This document shows, piece after piece, positions 8,483 through 16,413 of a DNA stretch of 36,766 bases (positions are counted from its first letter, which is position 1; the number at the start of each line of letters is the position of its first letter). Location: NCBI GenBank assembly GCA_046726415.1, contig JBKPAK010000200.1, positions 1-36,766 of the forward strand, written 5' to 3'. The translations under genes were made by a program, and so were the position numbers. The notes below the pieces were generated by a model that worked only from the letters and a program-made list of their open reading frames with translations, searched no databases and was not told the DNA's origin. This stretch comes from Candidatus Methylomirabilota bacterium (GTDB lineage: Bacteria; Methylomirabilota; Methylomirabilia; Rokubacteriales; CSP1-6).

Positions 8483-9619
8483 TCATTCCGCACCGGGAGG
8501 TTGCGGGGGTTTCGGGCGATCTTCGCGGGACTCTGTTATTGCCCTGAAGGTCGACGTCACCGCCTGGTGGCCGCCGCTGTCCGTGAACGCCTCCTCCCGG
8601 TACAGGCCGAGAGCCTCGAGGACGGGCCGGTCCTGGATCGAGAAGAGGACGGCGGCGTTGCGCGCAGAGCGATTGGCGTGCTCGTGGAGGGCCCAGGGCG
8701 GGAGAGTGATGATGTCCCCCTTGCCCCAGGCGAAGCGGCAGCCGTCGATGATCGTCTCGCCTGATCCCTGGACGACGTAGTACACGGCGCTGCCTGTGTG
8801 GCGATGGGCCTTCAGCCGGTCGCCGGGACGCAGCATCTGGATCCAGCAGGCCATGGTCGGCAAAAGGGAGCGGCCCGTCTGCGGGTGCGTGTACTCGAGG
8901 GCGATGCCGTCGTGCTCGTCTCCCTCGGCGTCGCGCAGGGCGGCGAGCGACGGCCACGTCTTCTCCCAGGAGTACAGGAGCAAGGGCGAAGACTGCGGTC
9001 GCTCCTTCACCCAGGTCGGGGTCAGGCTGACGTGGCCATGGAGTTGGACGGAGGCATTGGCCGGCTTGCTCAACGGCACCTGAGGCTGGTCGTACAACTG
9101 AAAGAACATCGCGTTGAGGGCCTGGACGAGGGGGATGTCGAGGCCGTCCATCCATACGACAGGCCTATCGGTCTCGTTCCCGTGATCGTGCCACGCCCAG
9201 CTCGGCGTCAGCACGAGATCGCCGGGGGCCATGTAGACGCGCTCGCCGCCGACGGCGGTGTAGGCGCCCTCGCCGTCCATGATGAATCGGATCGCCGTCG
9301 GGGTATGCCGGTGGGCGCGGGCAATCTCGCCGGGCAGGAGGAGCTGGACGGCGGCGATCATGGTGTTCGTCGTCGCCCACCGGCCGTCGAGGCCGGGGTT
9401 GAACAGCTGGAGCGCTCTCCGCTCTTCGCCGACCGGCACCACCTCGCCGGACTCGCGGACCATGGTTTCGAGCTGCGACGCGGTCCACATGTACGGGATC
9501 GCTCGCGGCTCGGGGCGCGGCGTCATCTGGCTGGCCAGCTCCCAGAGGCCGTAGATGTGGGCGGCGTGCATCCGCTCGTGAAAGTCCTGCTCGACCGTGG
9601 TGACGGCTTGACCAGTCAT
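8483..9619 (-). CDS. Gentisate 1,2-dioxygenase-like bicupin dioxygenase
   Basis: ERRALQLFNPG, AHRHTPTAIRF, WHDHGN, WMDGLDIP, second cupin AHRHTGSAVY; GGAGG SD. Confidence 0.88.
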   Translation of the reverse strand: MTGQAVTTVEQDFHERMHAAHIYGLWELASQMTPRPEPRAIPYMWTASQLETMVRESGEVVPVGEERRALQLFNPGLDGRWATTNTMIAAVQLLLPGEIARAHRHTPTAIRFIMDGEGAYTAVGGERVYMAPGDLVLTPSWAWHDHGNETDRPVVWMDGLDIPLVQALNAMFFQLYDQPQVPLSKPANASVQLHGHVSLTPTWVKERPQSSPLLLYSWEKTWPSLAALRDAEGDEHDGIALEYTHPQTGRSLLPTMACWIQMLRPGDRLKAHRHTGSAVYYVVQGSGETIIDGCRFAWGKGDIITLPPWALHEHANRSARNAAVLFSIQDRPVLEALGLYREEAFTDSGGHQAVTSTFRAITESREDRPKPPQPPGAE

Positions 9620-9751
9620 GGCGGCCTCCCCGCGCGAGTCACAGCGTGCCTACCCGCGAATGATAGCTGAACCACGCTCATCGACGAGGTGCGCCGCCGG
9701 GTCGGTGGCGTATCGACCCCAGGCTCACTGCCGTCGTCCCAGGAACAGGGT

Positions 9752-10774
9752 TCAATCCACGCCGACGAGCTGGAGCTCGTGGGCGCGGTGACAGCCGACG
9801 AAGTGGCCCGGCGAGGTCTCTTGCCAGACCGGCGCCTGCGTCCGGCATACCTCGATTGCATACGGGCAGCGGGGATGGAAATAGCAGCCGCCGGGGGGAG
9901 AGGCCGGATTCGCCACTTCCCCGTGCAGCGCGATGCGCCGCGAGCGGGTGCGCGGATCTGGCTCGGGAACCGCGGACAGGAGGGCCGCCGTGTAGGGGTG
10001 CTTGGGGGCCGTGAAGAGCTCCTCCGTTTCCGCCAGCTCCACCATCCGCCCGACGTACATCACCGCCACGCGGTTGCTGATGTGTCGCACCACACTCAGG
10101 TCGTGCGCCACGAAGAGGTATGTCAGCTGAAACTCCGCCTGCAGGTCGAGTAGGAGATTCAAGATCTGGGCTTGCACCGAGACGTCCAGAGCGGACACCG
10201 GCTCATCGGCGACCACCAGGCGAGGATGGAGGGCCAGGGCGCGTGCGATGCCGATGCGCTGGCGTTCGCCCCCACTGAAGGCATGGGGAAACCGCCGCAT
10301 GTACTCGGGCCGGAGCCCGACGCGGCGCAGGAGTTCCGCCACGCGCTCCTCGCGGTCACGCCGGCTCTTCATGCCGTGGACCAGCAACGGTTCTCCGACG
10401 AGGTCGAGCAGGGTCATGCGGGGATTGAGCGAGGTAAAGGGATCCTGAAAGATCATCTGCATCTCTCGACGGAGTGCCCGCAGCGCCGCCGGGCGCAACT
10501 GGCCCATCTCGATCACCGAACCGCCTACCACCCGCATGAAGATCTCTCCCCGGGTCGGCTCGATGGCCCGCAGAATACACCGGGCGGTGGTGGTCTTCCC
10601 ACAGCCGCTCTCTCCCACCAGGCCCAAGGTTTCCCCTTCATCGATATGAAAGTTGACGCCGTCGACCGCGCGGACGTAGCCTACCGTCCGCTTCCAGAAG
10701 CCCTTCCGAATCGGAAAGAGCTTCTGCAGTCCCGCCACCCGCAGCAAGGCCGGCGGGCTGGTCATCATGGCCAT
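9752..10774 (-). CDS. Peptide/nickel-type ABC transporter ATP-binding subunit (DppF/OppF-like)
   Basis: [23 protein letters not shown]-terminal HPY and GCYFHPRC domain. Confidence 0.93.
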   Translation of the reverse strand: MAMMTSPPALLRVAGLQKLFPIRKGFWKRTVGYVRAVDGVNFHIDEGETLGLVGESGCGKTTTARCILRAIEPTRGEIFMRVVGGSVIEMGQLRPAALRALRREMQMIFQDPFTSLNPRMTLLDLVGEPLLVHGMKSRRDREERVAELLRRVGLRPEYMRRFPHAFSGGERQRIGIARALALHPRLVVADEPVSALDVSVQAQILNLLLDLQAEFQLTYLFVAHDLSVVRHISNRVAVMYVGRMVELAETEELFTAPKHPYTAALLSAVPEPDPRTRSRRIALHGEVANPASPPGGCYFHPRCPYAIEVCRTQAPVWQETSPGHFVGCHRAHELQLVGVD

Positions 10775-10787
10775 GGGGGTGGACGGC

Positions 10788-11855
10788 TCACTCGTAGAGG
10801 AAGCAACTCACGGTGTGCTGATCTCCCACCGGCCGCAAGCTCGGCGCCTCTCGATCACACGTCCCGGCCATGAATTCTGCGCAGCGCGGGTGGAAGGGGC
10901 ACCCCGGCGGACGGTCATAGGGGTGGGGCACGGACCCTGCGATTGGCGTGAGTCGCTCGCGCGATCGCGATCGCATGCGGGGGATGGAACGCAGGAGAGC
11001 CTGCGTATATGGATGCCGCGGAGCATGGAAGATCTCGTCGACGGGCGCTTGCTCGACCACGCGCCCCAAGTACATCACCGCCACGTCGCTGGCCATTGCC
11101 GCGATCACGCCCAGGTCATGGGTGATGAGCATGATGGCCATACCGTCTTCGTGCTGGAGCTGGCGCATCAGCTCGAGAATCTGCGTCTGGGTGGTCACGT
11201 CGAGCGCGGTGGTGGGTTCATCCGCGATCAGCAGGATCGGGTTGCAGGAGAGGGCCATGGCGATCATGGCCCGCTGGCGCAGGCCTCCGCTCAGTTGATT
11301 GGACAGCTGGTCCATCCGCTGTTCCGGCGACGACACGCCGACCCGGCGCAGCATCTCGATGGCCTTCCCGCGCGCCTGCCGCCGACTGACTTGCTGGTGC
11401 AGCATGATCGCCTCGATGATCTGGTTCCCGACGGTGTGCACGGGGCTGAACGACGACATCGGCTCTTGGAAGATGAGCGCGATTTCCGCCCCGCGGATGG
11501 CCCGCATGTCCTGGCCATTCGGAGCTAGCTTCGCCAAGTCCACCACGGGGTTGGGCTCCGCGCCGCCGTCGGTGGCCCGCCGACGGAACTGGATCTCTCC
11601 CTCGACGATCCGGCCCGGCCGATCGACGATCCCCAGAATCGATCTGGCCGTCACGCTCTTGCCGCAGCCGCTCTCCCCGACGATACCCAATGTTCCCCCT
11701 GGATACAGGTCGAAGCTGACCCCATCCACCGCCTTCACCGTCCCCTCATCCTGGGGAAAGTAGGTCTTCAGATTGCGGACAGACAGAAGCGTGTCCCGCC
11801 GGAGCGCGGCCGCGGGCTCACGCAGGTGGTCCCCTCCGAGCGTCTCAGCGCCCAT
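10788..11855 (-). CDS. Peptide/nickel-type ABC transporter ATP-binding subunit (DppD/OppD-like)
   Basis: [34 protein letters not shown]; start approximate. Confidence 0.92.
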   Translation of the reverse strand: MGAETLGGDHLREPAAALRRDTLLSVRNLKTYFPQDEGTVKAVDGVSFDLYPGGTLGIVGESGCGKSVTARSILGIVDRPGRIVEGEIQFRRRATDGGAEPNPVVDLAKLAPNGQDMRAIRGAEIALIFQEPMSSFSPVHTVGNQIIEAIMLHQQVSRRQARGKAIEMLRRVGVSSPEQRMDQLSNQLSGGLRQRAMIAMALSCNPILLIADEPTTALDVTTQTQILELMRQLQHEDGMAIMLITHDLGVIAAMASDVAVMYLGRVVEQAPVDEIFHAPRHPYTQALLRSIPRMRSRSRERLTPIAGSVPHPYDRPPGCPFHPRCAEFMAGTCDREAPSLRPVGDQHTVSCFLYE

Positions 11856-13014
11856 AGGGATCGGCGGCATCCCGCAACCCGTCGCCGAGGAAGTTGAAGG
11901 CCATGACCGCGATGATCACGGGCACCGCCGGGATCAGTAGCCACGGGGAGATGGCCACCGCCTGGACATTCTGGGCCTGCTGCAGGAGGACGCCCCAGCT
12001 GATCGCGGGCGGGCGCAGGCCCAGGCCGAGAAAGCTCAGCGCGGTCTCGCTGATGATCATCGCCGGCAGGGCCAGGGTGGTCGCCGCGATGATGTGGCTC
12101 ATGAACGACGGCACCATGTGCACGAAGATGGTCCGCATCTGGCTGCAGCCCACCAGCCGGGCGGAGACCACGAAGTCCTCCTCGCGCAAGGCCAGGAACC
12201 GCCCCCGGACGACGCGGGCCAGCTCCGTCCAGCCGAGCAGCGAGATGATGATGGTGATGGCGAAGTAGATCTGCAAGATCGACCAGTCCCGGGGCAGCGC
12301 CGCGGCCAGGCCCATCCACAGGGGAATGGTCGGAATCGAGCGAAGGATCTCGATAACCCGCTGGATCACCGTGTCGGCGATCCCCCCGTAGAAACCCGAG
12401 AGCCCGCCCAGGACCACGCCCAGGACCAGGCTCATCGTCACCCCGACCAGTCCGATGGTGAGCGAGATGCGCGTGCCGTACATGAGCCGCGACCAGAGAT
12501 CGCGCCCCTGGAGATCTGTGCCCAGCAGAAAGATCGTTTGGCCGGCGTCGCGGCCCCCGTCGACGCCGATCAGATGGCGCGTCATGGGGATCAGGCCGAG
12601 GAATCGATACTCGAAGCCCTCGGTGAAGAGCCGAACGGGGATCCTCTCGCCGGGGTCGACGCGATACACGCGCTTGAAGGTCAGGGGGTCGCGGGCGCCC
12701 TTGACCGCGTAGACGTGGGGGCGAAACCGCCAGCCCTCGAACCAGTGGATGGGCTGCGGGGGCATCAGCGAGCGCTGGGCTTCGGAGACGTTGGGGTTGG
12801 CATAGGCGAGGAAATCCGCGCCCAGCACGACCAGATAGAAGCCCATGACGAGGAGGCCGCTGGCCACGGCCACACGATGCTTGCAGAATCGCCACCACGT
12901 CAGCTGCCACTGCGAGGCTACGAAGATGCGTTGCTCGTCCGCGGCGGCGACGGCGCTCGGCCTGTGAACGGGAGCGCTCGCCGGATCGAGGACCAGGCCA
13001 GGCTTGGTGGCCAT
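11845..13014 (-). CDS. Peptide/nickel-type ABC transporter permease (DppC/OppC-like)
   Basis: LGTDLQGRD, ETALSFLGLG, FNFLGDGLRDAADP; TGATG overlap with the upstream permease. Confidence 0.92.
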   Translation of the reverse strand: MATKPGLVLDPASAPVHRPSAVAAADEQRIFVASQWQLTWWRFCKHRVAVASGLLVMGFYLVVLGADFLAYANPNVSEAQRSLMPPQPIHWFEGWRFRPHVYAVKGARDPLTFKRVYRVDPGERIPVRLFTEGFEYRFLGLIPMTRHLIGVDGGRDAGQTIFLLGTDLQGRDLWSRLMYGTRISLTIGLVGVTMSLVLGVVLGGLSGFYGGIADTVIQRVIEILRSIPTIPLWMGLAAALPRDWSILQIYFAITIIISLLGWTELARVVRGRFLALREEDFVVSARLVGCSQMRTIFVHMVPSFMSHIIAATTLALPAMIISETALSFLGLGLRPPAISWGVLLQQAQNVQAVAISPWLLIPAVPVIIAVMAFNFLGDGLRDAADPYGR

Positions 13015-14003
13015 CAGGTGTTCTCGAGCCGGATGCGCGGGTCGATCCACACCAGAAGAATGTCCGAGATCAGCGTGCCGATCACGGTCATGACGCCCAG
13101 GAGGAGCACGATCGTCCCGGCCAGGAACATGTCCTGTGCGATGAGGGATTTCAGGAGCAGTGGCCCCACCGTGGGCAACCCGAGAACCAGGGACACGATG
13201 ATGCTCCCCGACACGATGTAGGGCAGCGTGTAACCGATCGTGCTGGCAAACGGGTTGAGAGCCACCCGCACCGGGTACTTCACGATCACCCGGGCCTCGG
13301 CCAGGCCCTTGGCGCGCGCCGTCACCACGTAGGGCTTGCGCAGCTCATCGAGCAGATTGGCGCGCATGATGCGGATCTGTTGCGCCGTCCCGGCCAGGCC
13401 CAGGATCAGCGCGGGGATCGGAAGATGCTTGAGCAGGTCCCACGCTCTCGCCCAGCTCCACGGGGCGTCCTGGAACTCCAGGGAAAACAGCCCCCCGATG
13501 TGCGCGTTGAACAAGGTGAAGCCCAGATAGAGGAGGACCAGGGCGAGGAGGAAGTTGGGGACGGCGAGGCCGATGAAGCCCACGAAGGTCGCCGCGTAGT
13601 CGCCCGGCGAGTACTGGCGGACGGCGGAATAGACGCCAATGGGCAAAGCCAGCACCCAGGTGAGGAACAGGGCGGCCACGGAGACCACCACCGTCAGCCA
13701 CAGGCGCTCGCCGATCACCTCGGTGACGGGCCGCCGCCACTCCATGGACATGCCGAAGTTGCCCCGGGCGATCAGCTTGACCCACTTCCAGTACTGCACG
13801 TACATGGGCTGGCCCAGGCCGTACTGGATCCTCAGATTCTCCGCCTCCTGCTCGGTGACCACGCTGCCCGTCGCCGCCATCTGGGCGACGTACGAGGTCA
13901 CGTAGTCACCGGGCGGCAACTGGATGATGGCAAAGGACAGGACGGAGATCGCCCAGACGGTGAAGACGGCGAGCAGGGCGCGACGTCCGATGTATGCGAG
14001 CAT
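13014..14003 (-). CDS. Peptide/nickel-type ABC transporter permease (DppB/OppB-like)
   Basis: MLAYIGRR, PGD, YVVTARAKGL, DPRIR motifs. Confidence 0.93.
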   Translation of the reverse strand: MLAYIGRRALLAVFTVWAISVLSFAIIQLPPGDYVTSYVAQMAATGSVVTEQEAENLRIQYGLGQPMYVQYWKWVKLIARGNFGMSMEWRRPVTEVIGERLWLTVVVSVAALFLTWVLALPIGVYSAVRQYSPGDYAATFVGFIGLAVPNFLLALVLLYLGFTLFNAHIGGLFSLEFQDAPWSWARAWDLLKHLPIPALILGLAGTAQQIRIMRANLLDELRKPYVVTARAKGLAEARVIVKYPVRVALNPFASTIGYTLPYIVSGSIIVSLVLGLPTVGPLLLKSLIAQDMFLAGTIVLLLGVMTVIGTLISDILLVWIDPRIRLENT

Positions 14004-14023
14004 GGCAGAGACCCTCGGCTATG

Positions 14024-14060
14024 GCCCGGTCCACCGCCCACGGGTGGCGGTGAACCGGGC
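14024..14060. terminator. Strong inverted repeat between SBP and permease (mRNA stabiliser/attenuator)
   Basis: GCCCGGT-C-CACCGCC ... GGCGGTG-A-ACCGGGC; no U-tract. Confidence 0.55.
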
Positions 14061-14071
14061 ACCTGCGAAGC

Positions 14072-16129
14072 CTACTTCTTCCAGAAGAAGGTCACCGGCC
14101 GGGAAATCGTCGGGGTCTTGCCGTCCGGGCTGTTGTACTGCCGGGAGGGGACATTCCCCATGTTCGTCTTGGCCACCCGCACGCCCATGGAGGCCGGGCC
14201 CATGCCGATCACGCCGATGATGTAGACCTCTTCCGCCGCGATCTTCCAGACCTCCTTGCCGAGCTGGATACGCTCCTTCTCGGGCACCCCGAAGGCTTTC
14301 CTCCACTTCTCCATCAGCTCGCGCAGGCGGGCCGGGGGCTCCTTGCCCTGGGTCCCGCTGGACTGGAACCACTTGCCGTACAGCGGTCCAGACGTAGCGA
14401 CGCCCGACAAGTCGAAGGGGAAGACGTGGTTCGGGAACGTGAACAGATGCTCGCTGCCGTCGTTGTTCCAGGCTCCGAGCTGTTGCTCATTGGCGGCGGT
14501 CCGCTTGAATGCCAAGCTTCGCTCCACCTCCTGGACGGTCAGATCGATGCCGATCTTCTTCCACTGCTCCCGGATCATCTCCGAGATCTGCGTGAACTGG
14601 AGGAACTGGCCCCCCAGAGTCATGATCTCGATGCGCAGCCGCCCCTTCCCGTCGGTGCGCAGCCGATAGCCCTCGGCGTCCTTCTTGCCGAGGCCCACCT
14701 TGTCGAGCATCTCATTGGCCTTCTTGACGTCCAGGGTCGACCAGAGCTTGCGGTACTCGGGTCCGGGGTTGTACTTGTTGCTGTCTGCCGGCACCACCGA
14801 GCTCGGCGTGCCCGTCCCCAGCCAGAACGTTTCGTTGATCTGGTCGCGGTCGATGCCCAGCGACAGCGCTCGCCGAAAGTCGGTCGTGTTCATCCACTTA
14901 GCGATCTCCGGGTCGGCCTCGTAGCTCAGATTGAACTTGATGATCATGTCGCCCCCGTAGTCGCCGGGGTCGAGAGAAAGCTTGTAGCCGCCCTTTGCCT
15001 GGTTCTCCAAGAAGACGGGCACCTTGCCGAGGTCGAGGTGCCGGGCCTGGAAGTCGTATTCGCCCGCGATCGCCCGGAGGTTGATGACCTCCAGGTTCTC
15101 GGCCAAGGTCAGGACCACCCGGTCGATGTACGGAAGCTGGTTGCCATCCGTGTCCACGAAGACGCTGTAGGGATTCCGCTCCAAGGTCCACGTCGGCGTG
15201 TTGATGGGGGTGACCGTCTTCCACGGCGTGAGGACCGGCAGCTCCGGGTTGAGGGCCCAGTCGTTCTTGAACAGGAACAGGCGGACCCAGTTGTCGAACT
15301 TGGCGTCCTTGACCTTCTTGTCGAGATCGTCCTTGGAGACGTACTTCGGGTGGAACTGCTTCAGGTAGTGGGCGGGCGCGTAGCCGCCCATCCCGTTCAA
15401 CCCCTGATGGGCCTGGCCACCGAGCTGAGTGGAGCCCGCCAGCACGTCAGGAAGCAGATAGTACGGGTCGGGGAACTTGAACTTCACCGTGTAGGTGTCG
15501 ACCTTCTGGACCTCGCCCGGCTTGCCGTTGATCGACATGGCGGCGGCGGGGGTGGGCACCAGGTCCTTGTTCCGGTAGATGTCCTCGAACCAGAAGGTGA
15601 AGTCATCGGCGGTGAACGGGCGGCCGTCGCTCCACTTCATCCCCCGGCGCAGATGCAGGATGAGCGTCCGTCCCCCATCCTGCATCTCCCAGCCCTTGGC
15701 GATGTTGGGGGTGACCTTGTCGCCCGTGTAGTCCCAGAACAGCAGATTGTCGGGCCCCGAGCAGCAGCGATAGCCGTTCCAGAAGTCGGCCGGCCCCGTG
15801 AAGCCGGCGCGCCAGGTGCCTCCGTACTTGCCGATCTCTTGCAGCGGCTTGATGACCAAGGGGTCTTGCCCGATGCGCTCCGCCACCGGCGGCAGCTTGC
15901 CCGCCTTGACCAACTCGGCCAGCTGGGGAGCCTCCTTCAACCTCTTGGGGGCCTTGGCGGGGTCGGCGACGACCTCCGGGCCTTCCAGCTTCCCGACCAA
16001 GGTGCCCTTGCCGCCGCTCTGCGCAAGGGCCCCGGCGACGGTGACGCCGGTGAGTACCCCCGCCACCAGAGTGACCGTGAGTCGGGATCGGAGCGTGCGT
16101 ATCCGCGGCTTGCGCCAAAGCTCGTTCAT
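14072..16129 (-). CDS. Family 5 ABC transporter substrate-binding protein
   Basis: Signal peptide ending ALAQ; LPPVAERI, GKYGG, LRRGMKWSDG.PFTADD, GNQLPYID, FRRALSLGIDR; AAGGGGG SD before ATG 16129. Confidence 0.93.
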   Translation of the reverse strand: MNELWRKPRIRTLRSRLTVTLVAGVLTGVTVAGALAQSGGKGTLVGKLEGPEVVADPAKAPKRLKEAPQLAELVKAGKLPPVAERIGQDPLVIKPLQEIGKYGGTWRAGFTGPADFWNGYRCCSGPDNLLFWDYTGDKVTPNIAKGWEMQDGGRTLILHLRRGMKWSDGRPFTADDFTFWFEDIYRNKDLVPTPAAAMSINGKPGEVQKVDTYTVKFKFPDPYYLLPDVLAGSTQLGGQAHQGLNGMGGYAPAHYLKQFHPKYVSKDDLDKKVKDAKFDNWVRLFLFKNDWALNPELPVLTPWKTVTPINTPTWTLERNPYSVFVDTDGNQLPYIDRVVLTLAENLEVINLRAIAGEYDFQARHLDLGKVPVFLENQAKGGYKLSLDPGDYGGDMIIKFNLSYEADPEIAKWMNTTDFRRALSLGIDRDQINETFWLGTGTPSSVVPADSNKYNPGPEYRKLWSTLDVKKANEMLDKVGLGKKDAEGYRLRTDGKGRLRIEIMTLGGQFLQFTQISEMIREQWKKIGIDLTVQEVERSLAFKRTAANEQQLGAWNNDGSEHLFTFPNHVFPFDLSGVATSGPLYGKWFQSSGTQGKEPPARLRELMEKWRKAFGVPEKERIQLGKEVWKIAAEEVYIIGVIGMGPASMGVRVAKTNMGNVPSRQYNSPDGKTPTISRPVTFFWKK

Positions 16130-16316
16130 GACGCTTCCCCCTTTCACGCTGCCCTGACGAGGGCCGCGTGCCACAGTCAGATAACCCTCAGCCCACCTGC
16201 GCCCCTGATCTCCGTCTCGGGTTCAGCTGGGATCGACGGCGCGAATGCGCGCACCCACCTCGATTGTGGCGCGGCACTTGTCGCGAATTCCGCGAGGTCC
16301 CGGCGCGTCGGGCCCG

Positions 16317-16345
16317 ATTATCGTGATATTCCCGCGGCAAGTCCA
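16317..16345 (-). promoter_or_regulatory. Putative sigma70 promoter of the peptide ABC operon
   Basis: TGGACT, 17 nt, GATAAT in a locally AT-richer patch. Confidence 0.4.
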
Positions 16346-16413
16346 GGCTCGTGACGGCCATCTGCGTGATGCCGCCCCGATCCGGGCCCACATGCGAATC
16401 CGCTATACCCACA

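Noticed and set aside
16160-16176. Sigma54 promoter (TGGCAC on the minus strand)
   Set aside because: No matching TTGC -12 element at the required spacing.
16130-16316. Riboswitch in the ~180-nt leader of the peptide ABC operon
   Set aside because: Small hairpins and a faint ZTP-like 3' end are present, but no recognisable aptamer core; an Rfam scan would be needed.
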